Source: Squalus acanthias (Eukaryota). From it: a DNA stretch of 64,000 bases. This document shows positions 12,601-22,567 of this stretch, piece after piece; position 1 is the stretch's first letter, and each line of letters begins with the position of its first letter. Below the pieces are notes generated by a model, which was given only the letters and a program-made list of their open reading frames with translations, had not been told where the DNA came from and did no database searches. A program made the translations under genes and the position numbers. Location of the stretch: contig JASTWF010000171.1 of assembly GCA_030390025.1 (NCBI GenBank), positions 806,001-870,000 of the forward strand, given 5' to 3'.

Positions 12601-15600
12601 GTGGCCCGTCGGAACTGTCGATCGATGAGTCGAGCGTCATATCCCGTTCTTACGAGGGCGTTTTTCAGCGTCCGTAGGTGTCCATCGCGTTCCTCCTCGT
12701 CTGAGCAGATCCTGTGTATTCGCAGGGCTTGTCCATAGGGGATGGCTTCTTTAACGTGGTTAGGGTGGAAGCTGGAGAAGTGGAGCATCGTGGGGTTGTC
12801 CGTGGGCTTGCGGTAGAGTGAAGTGCTGAGGTGTCCGTCTTTGATGGAGATTCGTGTGTCCAGGAATGAAACCGATTCTGAGGAGTAGTCCATGGTGAGT
12901 TTGATGGTGGGATGGAACTTGTTTATGTTATCGTGTAGTCTTTTCAGTGATCCTTTGCCATGGGTCCAAAGGAAGAAAATGTCGTCGATGTATCTGATGT
13001 ACAGCGTTGGCTGGAGGTCCTGTGCAGTGAAGAAGTCTTGCTCGAACTTGTGCATGAAGATGTTGGCGTATTGGGGTGATAAAGTTAATCAAGTCAGCCA
13101 GGAAGGTACCACATCAAAGACATAGCAAGATACAACTGAGACAATGAGGTGTAGTCGCAGGGGTTCTAACGTGTCAAAAGCTGCCGTCTGTATGTAAAAC
13201 GAAAAGCTTTAAAATTTTTACTTTTTTACTGGGAAAATTTTTACTTTTTTACTGGGAATCACATCTGTGAACAAGCCAACGACGACTCGAGTCCGGATCA
13301 CGTCATGTATCGTGACATAAACCCAAGATCCCGGTTGAGACCGTCTTCATGAGTGCGGAACTTACCTCGGCAGATAGTCAGGATGATTTAATTTAGTGGT
13401 CTGCAATTGTAAGGTACACATGCTTTGTTCTCTATATATGCTTTGGCGATTCTGTATCTAATTTACTTCACCTGAGGAAGGAGCAAGAAGATAGCTCCGA
13501 AAGCTTGTGATTTCAAATAAAACTGTTGGACTATAACCTGGTGTTGTGCGACCTCTCAATTTTGTCCACCCCAGTCCAACACCGGCATCTCCGCATCATG
13601 ACCAGTACTGTAATATCCCAGGATACACCGGGCCCTGTCGTACTGTAATATCCCAGGATACACCGGGTCCTGTCATACTGTAATATCCCAGGATACACCG
13701 GGCCCTCGTGCTGTAATATCCCAGGATACACCGGGCCCTGTCATACTGTAATATCCCAGGATACACCGGGTCCTGTCGTACTGTAATATCCCAGGATACA
13801 CCGGGTCCTGTCATACTGTAATATCCCAGGATACACCGGGCCCTGTCATACTGTAATATCCCAGGATACACCGGGTCCTGTCATACTGTAATATCCCAGG
13901 ATACACCGGGTCCTGTCATACTGTAATATCCCAGGATACACCGGGCCCTGTCCTACTGTAATATCCCAGGATACACCGGGCCATCGTACAGTAATATCCC
14001 AGGATACACCGGGTCCTGTCATACTGTAATATCCCAGGATACACCGGGCCCTCGTACAGTAATATCCCAGGATACACCGGGTCCTCCCTCCCGCTGGGAG
14101 CTCAGCACTGATCCCACCCCCCTCCCCCCTGTGGGCCTGTCCAGGGCTTGGACTTCAGCACTGACCCTCCCCCTGTGGGTCTGTCCAGAGGCTGGGAGCT
14201 CAGCGCTGACCCTCCCTCCTGTGGGTCTGTCCCAGTCTGGGAGGTCAGCACTGACCCTCCCTCCAGTGGGTCTGTCCCGAGGCTGGGAGCTCAGCACTGA
14301 CCCTCCCTCCTGTGGGCCTGTCCCGAGGCTGGGAGCTCAGCACTGACCCTCCCTCCTGTGGGTCTGTCCCGGGCTGGGAGCTCAGCATTGACCCTCCCCC
14401 CTGTGGGACTGTCCCGGGCTGGGTCCCCTCTAACAGTGAGAGACAGTCTTACCATAAATCACCACCACCATCTCCTCCAGCCCACTGTGCTCCACCTGAC
14501 AGGAATACTCGGCCTGGTCCTTAGGGTCAAACTCCACCCATTTCTGGATCTGGTAGGTGCCGTCGTGATTGGGCAGGATACCACTGGACTGAGTCTCACT
14601 GACCAACATTCCATCTCTCCACAGAGTCACCTCGATGGCTTGAGGGTAAAACGCGGTGACGACACAGGAGAGCCGGTTAGCTTCCCCCGGACGGATAAAG
14701 GACACGATGGGTGGGACTGAGAGAAAGAAATAGGATTTAGTATAGGAACCGCGATAGAGAGAGTCACTGCACCTCACTCACCCACTCTCAGTCCCCCCTC
14801 ACTCACCCAGTCTCAGTCCCCCCTCACTCGCCCACTCTCAGTCCCCCCTCACTCACCCACTCTCAGTCCCCCCTCACTCACCCACTCTCAGACCCCCCTC
14901 ACTCACCCACTCTCAGTCCCCCTCACTCACTCTCAGTCCCCCCTCACTCACCCACTCTCAGTCACCCCTCACTCACCCACTCTCAGTCACCCCTCACTCA
15001 CCCACTCTCTGTCCCCCCTCACTCACTCACTCTCAGTCCCCCCTCACTCACCCACTCTCAGTCCCCCCTCACTCACCCACTCTCAGTCCCCCCTCACTCA
15101 CCCACTCTCAGTCCCCCCTCACTCACCGTCCCCCCTCACTCACCCACTCTCAGTCCCCCCTCACTCACCCACTCTCAGTCCCCCCTCACTCACTCACTCT
15201 CAGTCGCCCCTCACTCACCCACTCTCAGTCCCCCCTCACTCACTCACTCTCAGTCCCCCCTCACTCTCAGTCCCCCCTCACTCCCCCACTCTCAGTCCCC
15301 CCCTCACTCACCCACTCTCAGTCCCCCCTCACTCACCCACTCTCAGTCCCCCCTCACTCACCCACTCTCAGTCCCCCCTCACTCACCCACTCTCAGTCCC
15401 CCCTCACTCACCCACTCTCAGTCGTCCCCCTCACTCACCCACTCTCAGTCGTCCCCCTCACTCACCCACTCTCAGTCGTCCCCCTCACTCACCCACTCAG
15501 TCCCCCCCTCACTCACCCACTCTCAGTCCCCCCTCACTCACCCACTCTCAGTCCCCCCTCACTCACCCACTCTCAGTCCCCCCTCACTCACCCACTCTCA

Positions 15601-18600
15601 GTCCCCCCTCACTCACCCACTCTCAGTCCCCCCTCACTCACCCACTCTCAGTCCCCCCTCACTCACCCACTCTCAGTCCCCCCTCACTCACCCACTCTCA
15701 GTCCCCCCCTCACTCACCCACTCTCAGTCCCCCCTCACTCCCCCACTCTCAGTCCCCCCCTCACTCACCCACTCTCAGTCCCCCCTCACTCACCCACTCT
15801 CAGTCCCCCCTCACTCACCCACTCTCAGTCCCCCCCTCACTCACCCACTCTCAGTCCCCCCTCACTCACCCACTCTCAGTCCCCCCTCACTCACCCACTC
15901 TCAGTCCCCCCTCACTCACCCACTCTCAGTCCCCCCCTCACTCACCCACTCTCAGTCCCCCCTCACTCACCCACTCTCAGTCCCCCCTCACTCACCCACT
16001 CTCAGTCCCCCCTCACTCACCCACTCTCAGTTCCCGCTGCCCGTACTGCAGGTATTTCCTCAGCCATTCGATACACTCCTCCTCCAGGTAATTCTTCCAC
16101 CGCTGGTTGCCGACTGTGTCCTGGTCCCACCTGTTCTTGATGCTCTGTGCCCATGGGACCGGAGTGACCCACACCAGGTGATCCTTGTCGAAGCTGATGA
16201 GGTCTCGCCCGTCCCAGCCGAACTGGACAAACCCGCTCGTGGTCCCATCGTCCCTCAGGTCACAGCCAGTCATCACCTGGGACGTGTGGATCCCTGTCAA
16301 TCAAACACACACACAGCCAATCAGACCCAGTCCCACCGGGAGACCCGCCCACCGTCCCCCAGCTCACAGCTGGTCAGACACACCTGGGAAGCAGGCGGTA
16401 TTTAAAGGAACCCCCAACCCTGGTTCCAGATCTGTGTATTTAAAGACCCTCGGAACCCGAGCTATGAACTAAAAACACCGAAAACCAATCTGCATTTTAA
16501 AAGACTAAAGACATTGATGTCTAATAAAAGGAACCAAAGAACATGGTATATAAATTTGAAGGACCCCCCAATTCCTGATCTAAATATTTAAAGGGGCCTC
16601 CACCCCCACCCCTCGGTTCCTGATCTGTGTATTTAAAGGACTGATGTGAGGCCGCTCCCCATTGGTCGCTGCCCCTGGTCTGGGAGATGGAGTGCCTCTT
16701 TTCCCGGGGACCCTGGCTCCCTGAGCTCGCTCCACTCCACAGCTCGCTCCCCATTCCCACCCGGCCACCCTCAACCCAGGGAAAGAGCCCGACCGCGGCG
16801 GGAGGACGAGGACTCACCTCCCGACTGATTGGCCCGGATCATGAGCATCTGAATATTGGCCTTGTGATACACCTCCTGCTCCCGTGCGAGCTGAAATTTC
16901 CGCTGCCAGGACTCGGGCCCCTCACTCTCCACCATCCACTGCTCCCGCGGGATCAACTCCTTCCGATCACTGTCGTACATAACAAACTGGACCTCGTCCA
17001 CATATCCGACACCCACAAACTGTGGCAGACCGGGAATTGGAGTTATGGTGGTAAGGAAATACCGGAGAGAGTGAGAGCCTGAAACAGAGAGAGAGAGAGA
17101 GAGATATCAGGGCATGAACCCCAAAACACCAACCCCACACACACACACACAGTCATAAGGGTATGAACCCCAAAACACCAAACAAAAACGCACACGGACA
17201 TCAGGGCATAAACCTCCAAACACCAAACCCGCACACAGATAGACATCAGGGCATGAACCCCAAAACACCAACCCCCACACTCAGTGTGACATCTGGGCAT
17301 GAACCCCAAAACACCAAACACCCTCCCCCCACACACACACAGACATCAGGGCATGAACCCCAAAACACCAATCCCCCCACCCCCCCCCCCCGAAACCAAC
17401 AGACAGAGAGAGATAGACATTCAGGGCCCTCAACACTCCTGATGAGTCCCGTGTCCTGCAATCTCCATCCCCGATCCCCCATGGACCCTGATCAGGGACT
17501 CCGAGGCCCACCCATTCCTCCTCCAGACCCCCGCGACCCAACCCCATCCCTTACTGTAACCTGGAGCACTGACCTGCGCGGCCTCCTCCCCAGGTGCCAT
17601 CTCCAGTGCACTGGGGTCCGAGGCCAAGAATCCGCGGGCTTCTCAGACCTCAGTGTTTGAGCGCGGGTTGTAACACAGTGTTGGGGCGGGGGGCTCCCGA
17701 AGTTAACCCCAGACACTTGTATATCTCAGTTTGCTGACGACACTAAGTCAGGTGACCCAGTAAATTGTGTAGACGGGGGCAGCAAGTTGCAAAGGGTCAT
17801 TGAGAGAGTAAGTGAGCGGGCAAAACTGTGGCAGATGGACCTCAATGTGGGCAAGTGAGAGCTCATCCACTTTGGAGCTAAGAAAGATCAATCTGAATAT
17901 ATTCTACATGGTGGGAAACTCGGAGCTGTGGAGGAGCACATGGAGAAATCATTAAAAGCCAGTGGACAGGTACAATAAGGATTGGGAAAAGCTCATGGAA
18001 TGTTGGCCTTTATCTCGAGGGCTGGAATACAAGGGCTGGAAGTTCTGTTACAGCTGGACCGAGCTCTGGTTAGACCCCATCTGGAGTAACTGTGTTCAGT
18101 TCTGGGCATCGCACCTCAGGAAGGAGAAACTGGCCTTGGAGGGAATCCAGCGCAGATTCACCAGAGTGATACCGGGGCTTAGAGGGTTAAATTATGAGGA
18201 CAGGTTGCATAGACTAGGCTTGTATTCCCTTGAGTATAGAAGATTGAGGGGGAATCTAATTGAGGTGTTTAAAATGTTACAAGGATTTGATAGAATCAAT
18301 CTGGGGAAACTAGTGCCTCTGGTGGGTGAATCGAGAACGAGGGGACAGAATCTTAAAATTAGAGCCAGACCGCTCAGGAGCGGAATCAGGAAGCACTTTT
18401 ACACACAAAGGGTAGTGGAAATCTGGAACTGTCTGCCCCAAAAGGTGTGGATGCTGGGGCTCAACTGGAGCTTTCAGACCTAAGGTCGATGGATTTATGT
18501 TAGGTCAGGATATCAGGAATATGGAGCAAAGGCAGGGAAATGGAGTTAAGATACAAATCAACCAGGATCGAATTGAATGGAGGAACAGACTCGAGGGGCT

Positions 18601-19666
18601 GAATGCTCGACTCCTGTTCCTGTGGACCCTGCTCTCCACTCTCCAGCCCACTGCCCCTGTCCCTCACTCCCCGCCATGGTCTCTCTCTCCAGCCCCAGTA
18701 CCCAGCCTGGCACTGCCCCTCTCACACCCCGTTACTCACTGACCGAGGGTTAATGCCCAGTACCCAGCCTGGCACTGAGACCCTCTCACACCCCATTACC
18801 CACTGACCGAGGGTTAATGCCCAGTACCCAGCCTGGCACTGAGACCCTCTCACACCCCATTACCCACTGACCGAGAGTTAATGCCCAGTACCCAGCCTGG
18901 CACTGCCCCTCTCACACCCCATTACCCACTGACCGAGGGTTAATGCCCAGTACCCAGCCTGGCACTGAGTCCCTCTCACACCCCATTACTCACTGACCGA
19001 GTGTTCATGCCCAGTACCCAGCCTCACACTGCCCCTCTCACACCCCATTACTCACTGACCGAGGGTTAATGCCCAGTACCCAGCCTGGCACTGAGACCCT
19101 CTCACACCCCATTACTCACTGAGCGAGGGTTAATGCCCAGTACCCAGCCTGGCACTGACCCTCTCACACCCCATTACTCACTGACCGAGGGTTAATGCCC
19201 AGTACCCAGCCTGGCACTGCCCCTCTCACACCCCATTACTCACTGACCGAGGGTTAATGCCCAGTACCCAGCCTGGCACTGAGACCCTCTCACACCCCAT
19301 TACCCACTGACCGAGGGTTAATGCCCAGTACCCAGCCTCACACTGCCCCTCTCACACCCATTACTCACTGACCGAGGGTTAATGCCCAGTACCCCAGCCT
19401 CACACTGCCCCTCTCACACCCCATTACTCCACTGGCCCGAGGGTTAATGCCCAGTACCCAGCCTGGCACTGCCCCTCTCACACCCCATTACTCACTGACG
19501 AGGTTAATGCCCAGTACCCAGCCTGGCACTGCCCCTCTCACACCCATTACTCACTGACCGAGGTTAAATGCTCCAGTACCCAGCCTGGCACTGCCCCTCT
19601 CACACCCCATTACTCACCAGCAGAGACCCCTCCACACAGAAGGGCCAGCACTATCAGTCCAATCAT
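9631..19666 (-). CDS. MHC class I heavy chain (shark U-lineage/UAA-like, probably non-classical); join of exons 19618-19666, 16818-17078, 16021-16293, 14453-14716, 10681-10785, 10138-10170, 9631-9677; 343 aa
   Basis: Exon lengths 49+261+273+264+105+33+47=1032 nt give an unbroken frame; all junctions GT-AG, phase 1. Domains in order: leader, alpha1, alpha2, Ig-C1 alpha3, TM, two cytoplasmic exons. Confidence 0.95.
9720..10050. repeat. GA-rich compound microsatellite, MHC intron 6
   Basis: (GA)n/(GACA)n mosaic. Confidence 0.9.
10138..10170 (-). CDS. MHC class I exon 6 (cytoplasmic, GGGKSGYNPTT)
   Basis: 33-nt exon with ttttacag acceptor and GTAAG donor; carries the Tyr typical of class I exon 6. 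Confidence 0.85.
10250..10520. repeat. C-rich degenerate repeat, MHC intron 5
   Basis: Reiterated cccagagcccc / cctcagccagagc motifs. Confidence 0.75.
10681..10785 (-). CDS. MHC class I exon 5 (connecting peptide + transmembrane)
   Basis: VPKSDSMVPAIVGVIGVLGLLITLAIVAVVIYRKK; pyrimidine tract + cag, GTAGG donor. Confidence 0.93.
12298..13599 (-). mobile_element. Rearranged Penelope-like element (minus-strand RT 12316-13075; plus-strand pLTR ~13440-13599)
   Basis: YIRYIDDIF, FLDT, LYRKPTD, HP.HVK.AIPYGQALRI motifs; 18-bp inverted termini. Confidence 0.9.
13468..13510 (+). ncRNA. Minimal hammerhead ribozyme motif (Penelope pLTR)
   Basis: tcac-CTGAGGA-aggagc...gctcc-GAAAGCTT-gtga. Confidence 0.65.
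14090..14425. repeat. 46-bp tandem repeat, MHC intron 4
   Basis: About 7 copies of gctgggagctcagcactgaccctccctcctgtgggtctgtcccgag. Confidence 0.85.
14453..14716 (-). CDS. MHC class I exon 4 (alpha3, Ig C1-set)
   Basis: LSCVVTAFYPQAIEVTLWRDG...PNHDGTYQ...YSCQVEHSGL; ctctcag acceptor, GTAAG donor. Confidence 0.96.
14773..16030. repeat. 25-bp minisatellite (ctcactcacccactctcagtccccc) filling MHC intron 3
   Basis: About 50 copies; the terminal copy overlaps the exon 3 end and donor. Confidence 0.96.
16021..16293 (-). CDS. MHC class I exon 3 (alpha2)
   Basis: GIHTSQVMTGCDL...WDGRDLISFD...YLEEECIEWLRKYL; conserved C101/C164 pair; gacag acceptor, GTGAG donor. Confidence 0.96.
16818..17078 (-). 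CDS. MHC class I exon 2 (alpha1)
   Basis: GSHSLRYFLTT...FVGVGYVDEVQFVMYDSD...EGPESW...IRANQSG; tttcag acceptor, GTGAG donor, N86 glycosylation sequon NQS. Confidence 0.96.
17100..17430. repeat. Degenerate ~45-65-bp repeat (atcagggcatgaaccccaaaacacc), MHC intron 1
   Basis: About 6 imperfect copies. Confidence 0.75.
17720..18620 (+). mobile_element. CR1 3' fragment in MHC intron 1
   Basis: FADDTK, LEGIQRRFTRVIPGL, FYTQRVVEIWN and 3' UTR. Confidence 0.88.
18692..19617. repeat. 62-64-bp minisatellite starting at the exon 1 donor, MHC intron 1
   Basis: About 15 copies. Confidence 0.95.
19618..19666 (-). CDS. MHC class I exon 1 (leader MIGLIVLALLCGGVSA)
   Basis: ATG in ACAATGA context, hydrophobic signal peptide, donor G|GTGAGT. 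Confidence 0.92.
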
Positions 19667-19909
19667 TGTTGCTTCCCTCGACAGGCTGGGAGGGGCAGTT
19701 TGCGGACAATCCTTTTCCAAGCGAGCGGCTCTTCTCGGAACGTGAGCTGTGCCCAGTGCGGACCGTGTGATTCCTGAGCCCTGCGCTCTGGGTCTGTGAT
19801 TCCTGAGCCCTGCGCTCTGGGTCTGAGCAGCGCTCTGCACGGAGTCTGTGCCCCGGGTGTGTGAGCTGAATCTGTACCCTGAGCCTGTGAGCAGCGCCCT
19901 GGACTGACG

Positions 19910-19961
19910 ATATTAAACCAGCAGATGTTCCCGGGTGCTCAGACATCTCCATACTGATTGG
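19910..19961 (-). promoter_or_regulatory. Proximal CCAAT box (19957-19961) and TATA-like TTTAATAT (19910-19917)
   Basis: Motif match and position between the X/Y module and the ATG. Confidence 0.5.
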
Positions 19962-20070
19962 TTCGATGTATGTTTGTGTCCAACCAGAATAAACCAGGCT
20001 CCGGGTAGAAGAGTCCCAGAGAGTTTGAGTAAAAGAGTCAGAAATAAACTTTCCAAACATCGTGAACTAT

Positions 20071-20134
20071 CCAATCAGAGAAATACTTCTAAGTACGTCA
20101 TCAGTTGCCAGGCAGGATGAGCTGAACTGAAAGC
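20071..20134 (-). promoter_or_regulatory. MHC enhanceosome module: X1 CCTGGCAACTGATG (20099-20112), X2 TGACGTA (20094-20100), Y CTGATTGG (20071-20078), ISRE-like CTTTCAGTTCA (20123-20133)
   Basis: Close match to the MHC X1 (CCTAGCAACAGATG), X2 (CRE-like) and Y (inverted CCAAT) boxes in canonical order with a 20-bp X1-Y gap, ~410 bp upstream of the ATG. Confidence 0.8.
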
Positions 20135-20159
20135 AGTTTGATGCAGAAAGTGACAGAGG

Positions 20160-21150
20160 GAAGAACATGAGGAACAGGAGGAGGCCATTCAGCCCCTCTG
20201 GTCTGCTCCGCCATTCAATTAGATCACTGGCTGATCTGTATCTTTACTCCATTTTCACGGCTTTTTCCATATCTCTTGATACCGTTACCCAACAAAATCT
20301 ATCAATCTTAGTCTTAAACACTCCAGTGGGACCAACACCCACAGCCTTTGGGGGAGAGAGTTCCAAATGTTTACTACCCTTTGTGAAAATCTGCTTCCTG
20401 ATTTCCCTCCGAAACAGCCCAGCTCTAATTTTAAGATTAAGTCCCCTTGTTCTTGATTCCCCCACCACAGGAAATAGATTAGATCACCCCTCAACCTTCG
20501 ATACTCAAGGGAATACAAGACAAGTTTACACAACCGCCCTTTAAGCCCTGGTATAATTCCGGTCAATCTGAGCTGCTCCCCCTCCAAGGTCAATCTATCC
20601 TTCCTGAGGTGTGGTGCCCAGAACTGAACACAGTTACTCCAGATGGGGTCTGACCAAGGCTCTGGACACCTGAAGCATCACTTCCTCCACTTTGTATTCC
20701 AGCCCCCTCGAGATAAAGACCAACATCCCATTGGACAGACTGGTGAAATGGGCGGACACATGGCAGATGAAATGCAATGCAGAGAAGTGTTTAAGTGCTG
20801 CATTTTGGAAGGAAGAATGAGGAGAGGCAATATAAACTAAATGGTACAATTGTAAAGGTGGAGCAGGAACAGAGACACCTGGGAGTGAACGTACACCGAT
20901 CATTGAAGGTGGCAGGACAAGTTGATAAGGCTGTTAAAAAAGGCATTTGGGATCCTTGTCTTTATAAATAGAGACAAAAGCAAGGAAGTTATGCTAAACG
21001 TTTATAAATCACTGATTAGGCCCCAGCTGGAGTATTGTGTCCAATTCGGGCCACACTTTAGGAAGGATGTCAAGGCCTTGGAGAGGGTGCAGAGGAGATT
21101 TACTCGAATGGTACCAGGGATGAGGGACTTCAGTTACGTGAAGAGATTAT
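20160..21150. mobile_element. CR1 fragments (minus ~20160-20730, plus ~20735-21150)
   Basis: LYSLEYRRLRGDLI; RPQLEYCVQF...LERVQRRFTRM. Confidence 0.8.
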
Positions 21151-21377
21151 TCAGTGACCAAGTTGTGTGGGTGCTTTTTTCAGACGTGTGTGATTTATTT
21201 AATGTTATTTTGAGTTGGGCACTGCCCTGACTGAACCAACAAGGTCCCACCACCAGTGGGAGGGAAATTTTGAGCAATTTGATTGACTTTGAAATTGAGT
21301 GACTGATTTAATTGGCCAATGATCTCTCATTGTACTTTATGCTCGATTGTTCACACTTAGTCAGTCAGATATTTGAT

Positions 21378-21910
21378 TAGCAGTGGGTCCGGTACCATAG
21401 TGGTTATGTCACTGGACTAGTAATTCAAAGAAACAACAGAAAACGCTGGTAAAACTCAGCAGGCCAGGCAGCATCCGTGGAGAGAGAAACAGAGTTAACG
21501 TTTCAGGTCGAAGACCTTTCGTCAGAACTGGAAAAAAGTAATTCAAAGATCCTGGGCTAATAAACTGGAGATATGAGTTCAAATCCCCATCATGGCAGCT
21601 GGGGAATTTCAAATCGAACTTTTTAAAATAAATCTGGAATTTTAAGAAAAAGCTAGTTTCAGTAATAGTAACCATGAAACTACTGGATTGTCATTAAAAA
21701 CCCATCTGGTTCAAGAATGACCTTTAGGGAAGGAAATCTGCTGTCCTTACCCGGTCTGGCCTATATGTGACTCCAGACCCACTTAACTGCCCTCTGAAAT
21801 GGCCGAGCAAGTCACTCAGTTGTATTCAAGAAGTGTCTCACCACCACCTTCTCACGGGCAATCAGAGATGGGCAATAAATGCTGTCCTCGCCAGCGACGC
21901 CCACATCTCT
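21378..21910 (+). mobile_element. LF-SINE-like tRNA-derived SINE containing a short Penelope insertion
   Basis: Core ctttagggaaggaaatctgctgtccttacccggtctggcctatatgtgactccag and CR1-type tail gatgggcaataaatg. Confidence 0.75.
21492..21530 (-). ncRNA. Minimal hammerhead ribozyme motif in a ~105-bp Penelope pLTR insertion (21432-21536, 13-bp TSD)
   Basis: agtt-CTGACGA-aaggtcttcgacct-GAAACGTTA-act; TSD agtaattcaaaga at 21419-21431 and 21537-21549. Confidence 0.75.
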
Positions 21911-22567
21911 GAGGTGTGACACTCTGAGGAGTTACTTTCTGTGGTTTGATACCTTGAGTGACATTCTGAGGCTGAACACAGAAGCTGGGATCGGGAGATG
22001 ATTCTGGGCCGAGTCCGGTGCAGTTGTGACTCGCACACTGTGAGTGGGAGTCCCGTGCTCGATGCAAGGGTTACAGAATGAGTAAACATTAGCTTCTCAG
22101 AAGAAGCTGGACTGCAGCCAGTGCAGAGACTGTGGACTGTGACAGGGGATTGCCAGGGTTGTGTAACAGTATCGTGCTGACCTCAGCGGGCAGGATTCAA
22201 GCCCAGATACTCGGCTACATGTTAAAACAACAGTTTCAAATAATTCACAGGCTGTGAGGCGTCCTGGGGACATGAACCGTGCTGTATAGACGTGGGTTTG
22301 ATCAACAACTTTCTAAAACTTACTTCAGTGACTTTCCAACAGAGATAAACACAAGGGAGGGGCAGCGAGCAGACAAGGACGTGGGTGGGACCAGACACAA
22401 CTAGACATAGCAACCAAGGAGAGTGAGGAGAGTGTGTGCAGGGTCATAGTGAAATGGAGGAGGGTTAGAACATGTAGACTGCAGGCAATCAAACCTCTGA
22501 AACAGCTCTCTGCTCAGTCCCATTCCCAGCCCTTCCCCCATTCACCCATCACACTGTGCCCCCCCCC

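Larger units (their letters stand above)
10813..14085. repeat. 35-bp minisatellite (tactgtaatatcccaggatacaccgggccctgtcg), MHC intron 4, interrupted by Penelope at 12298-13599
   Basis: Tandem copies on both sides of the insertion. Confidence 0.95.

Noticed and set aside
10744-14297. Many YPGILQYDRARC ORFs
   Set aside because: 35-bp intronic minisatellite; only the Penelope RT portion is real coding-derived sequence.
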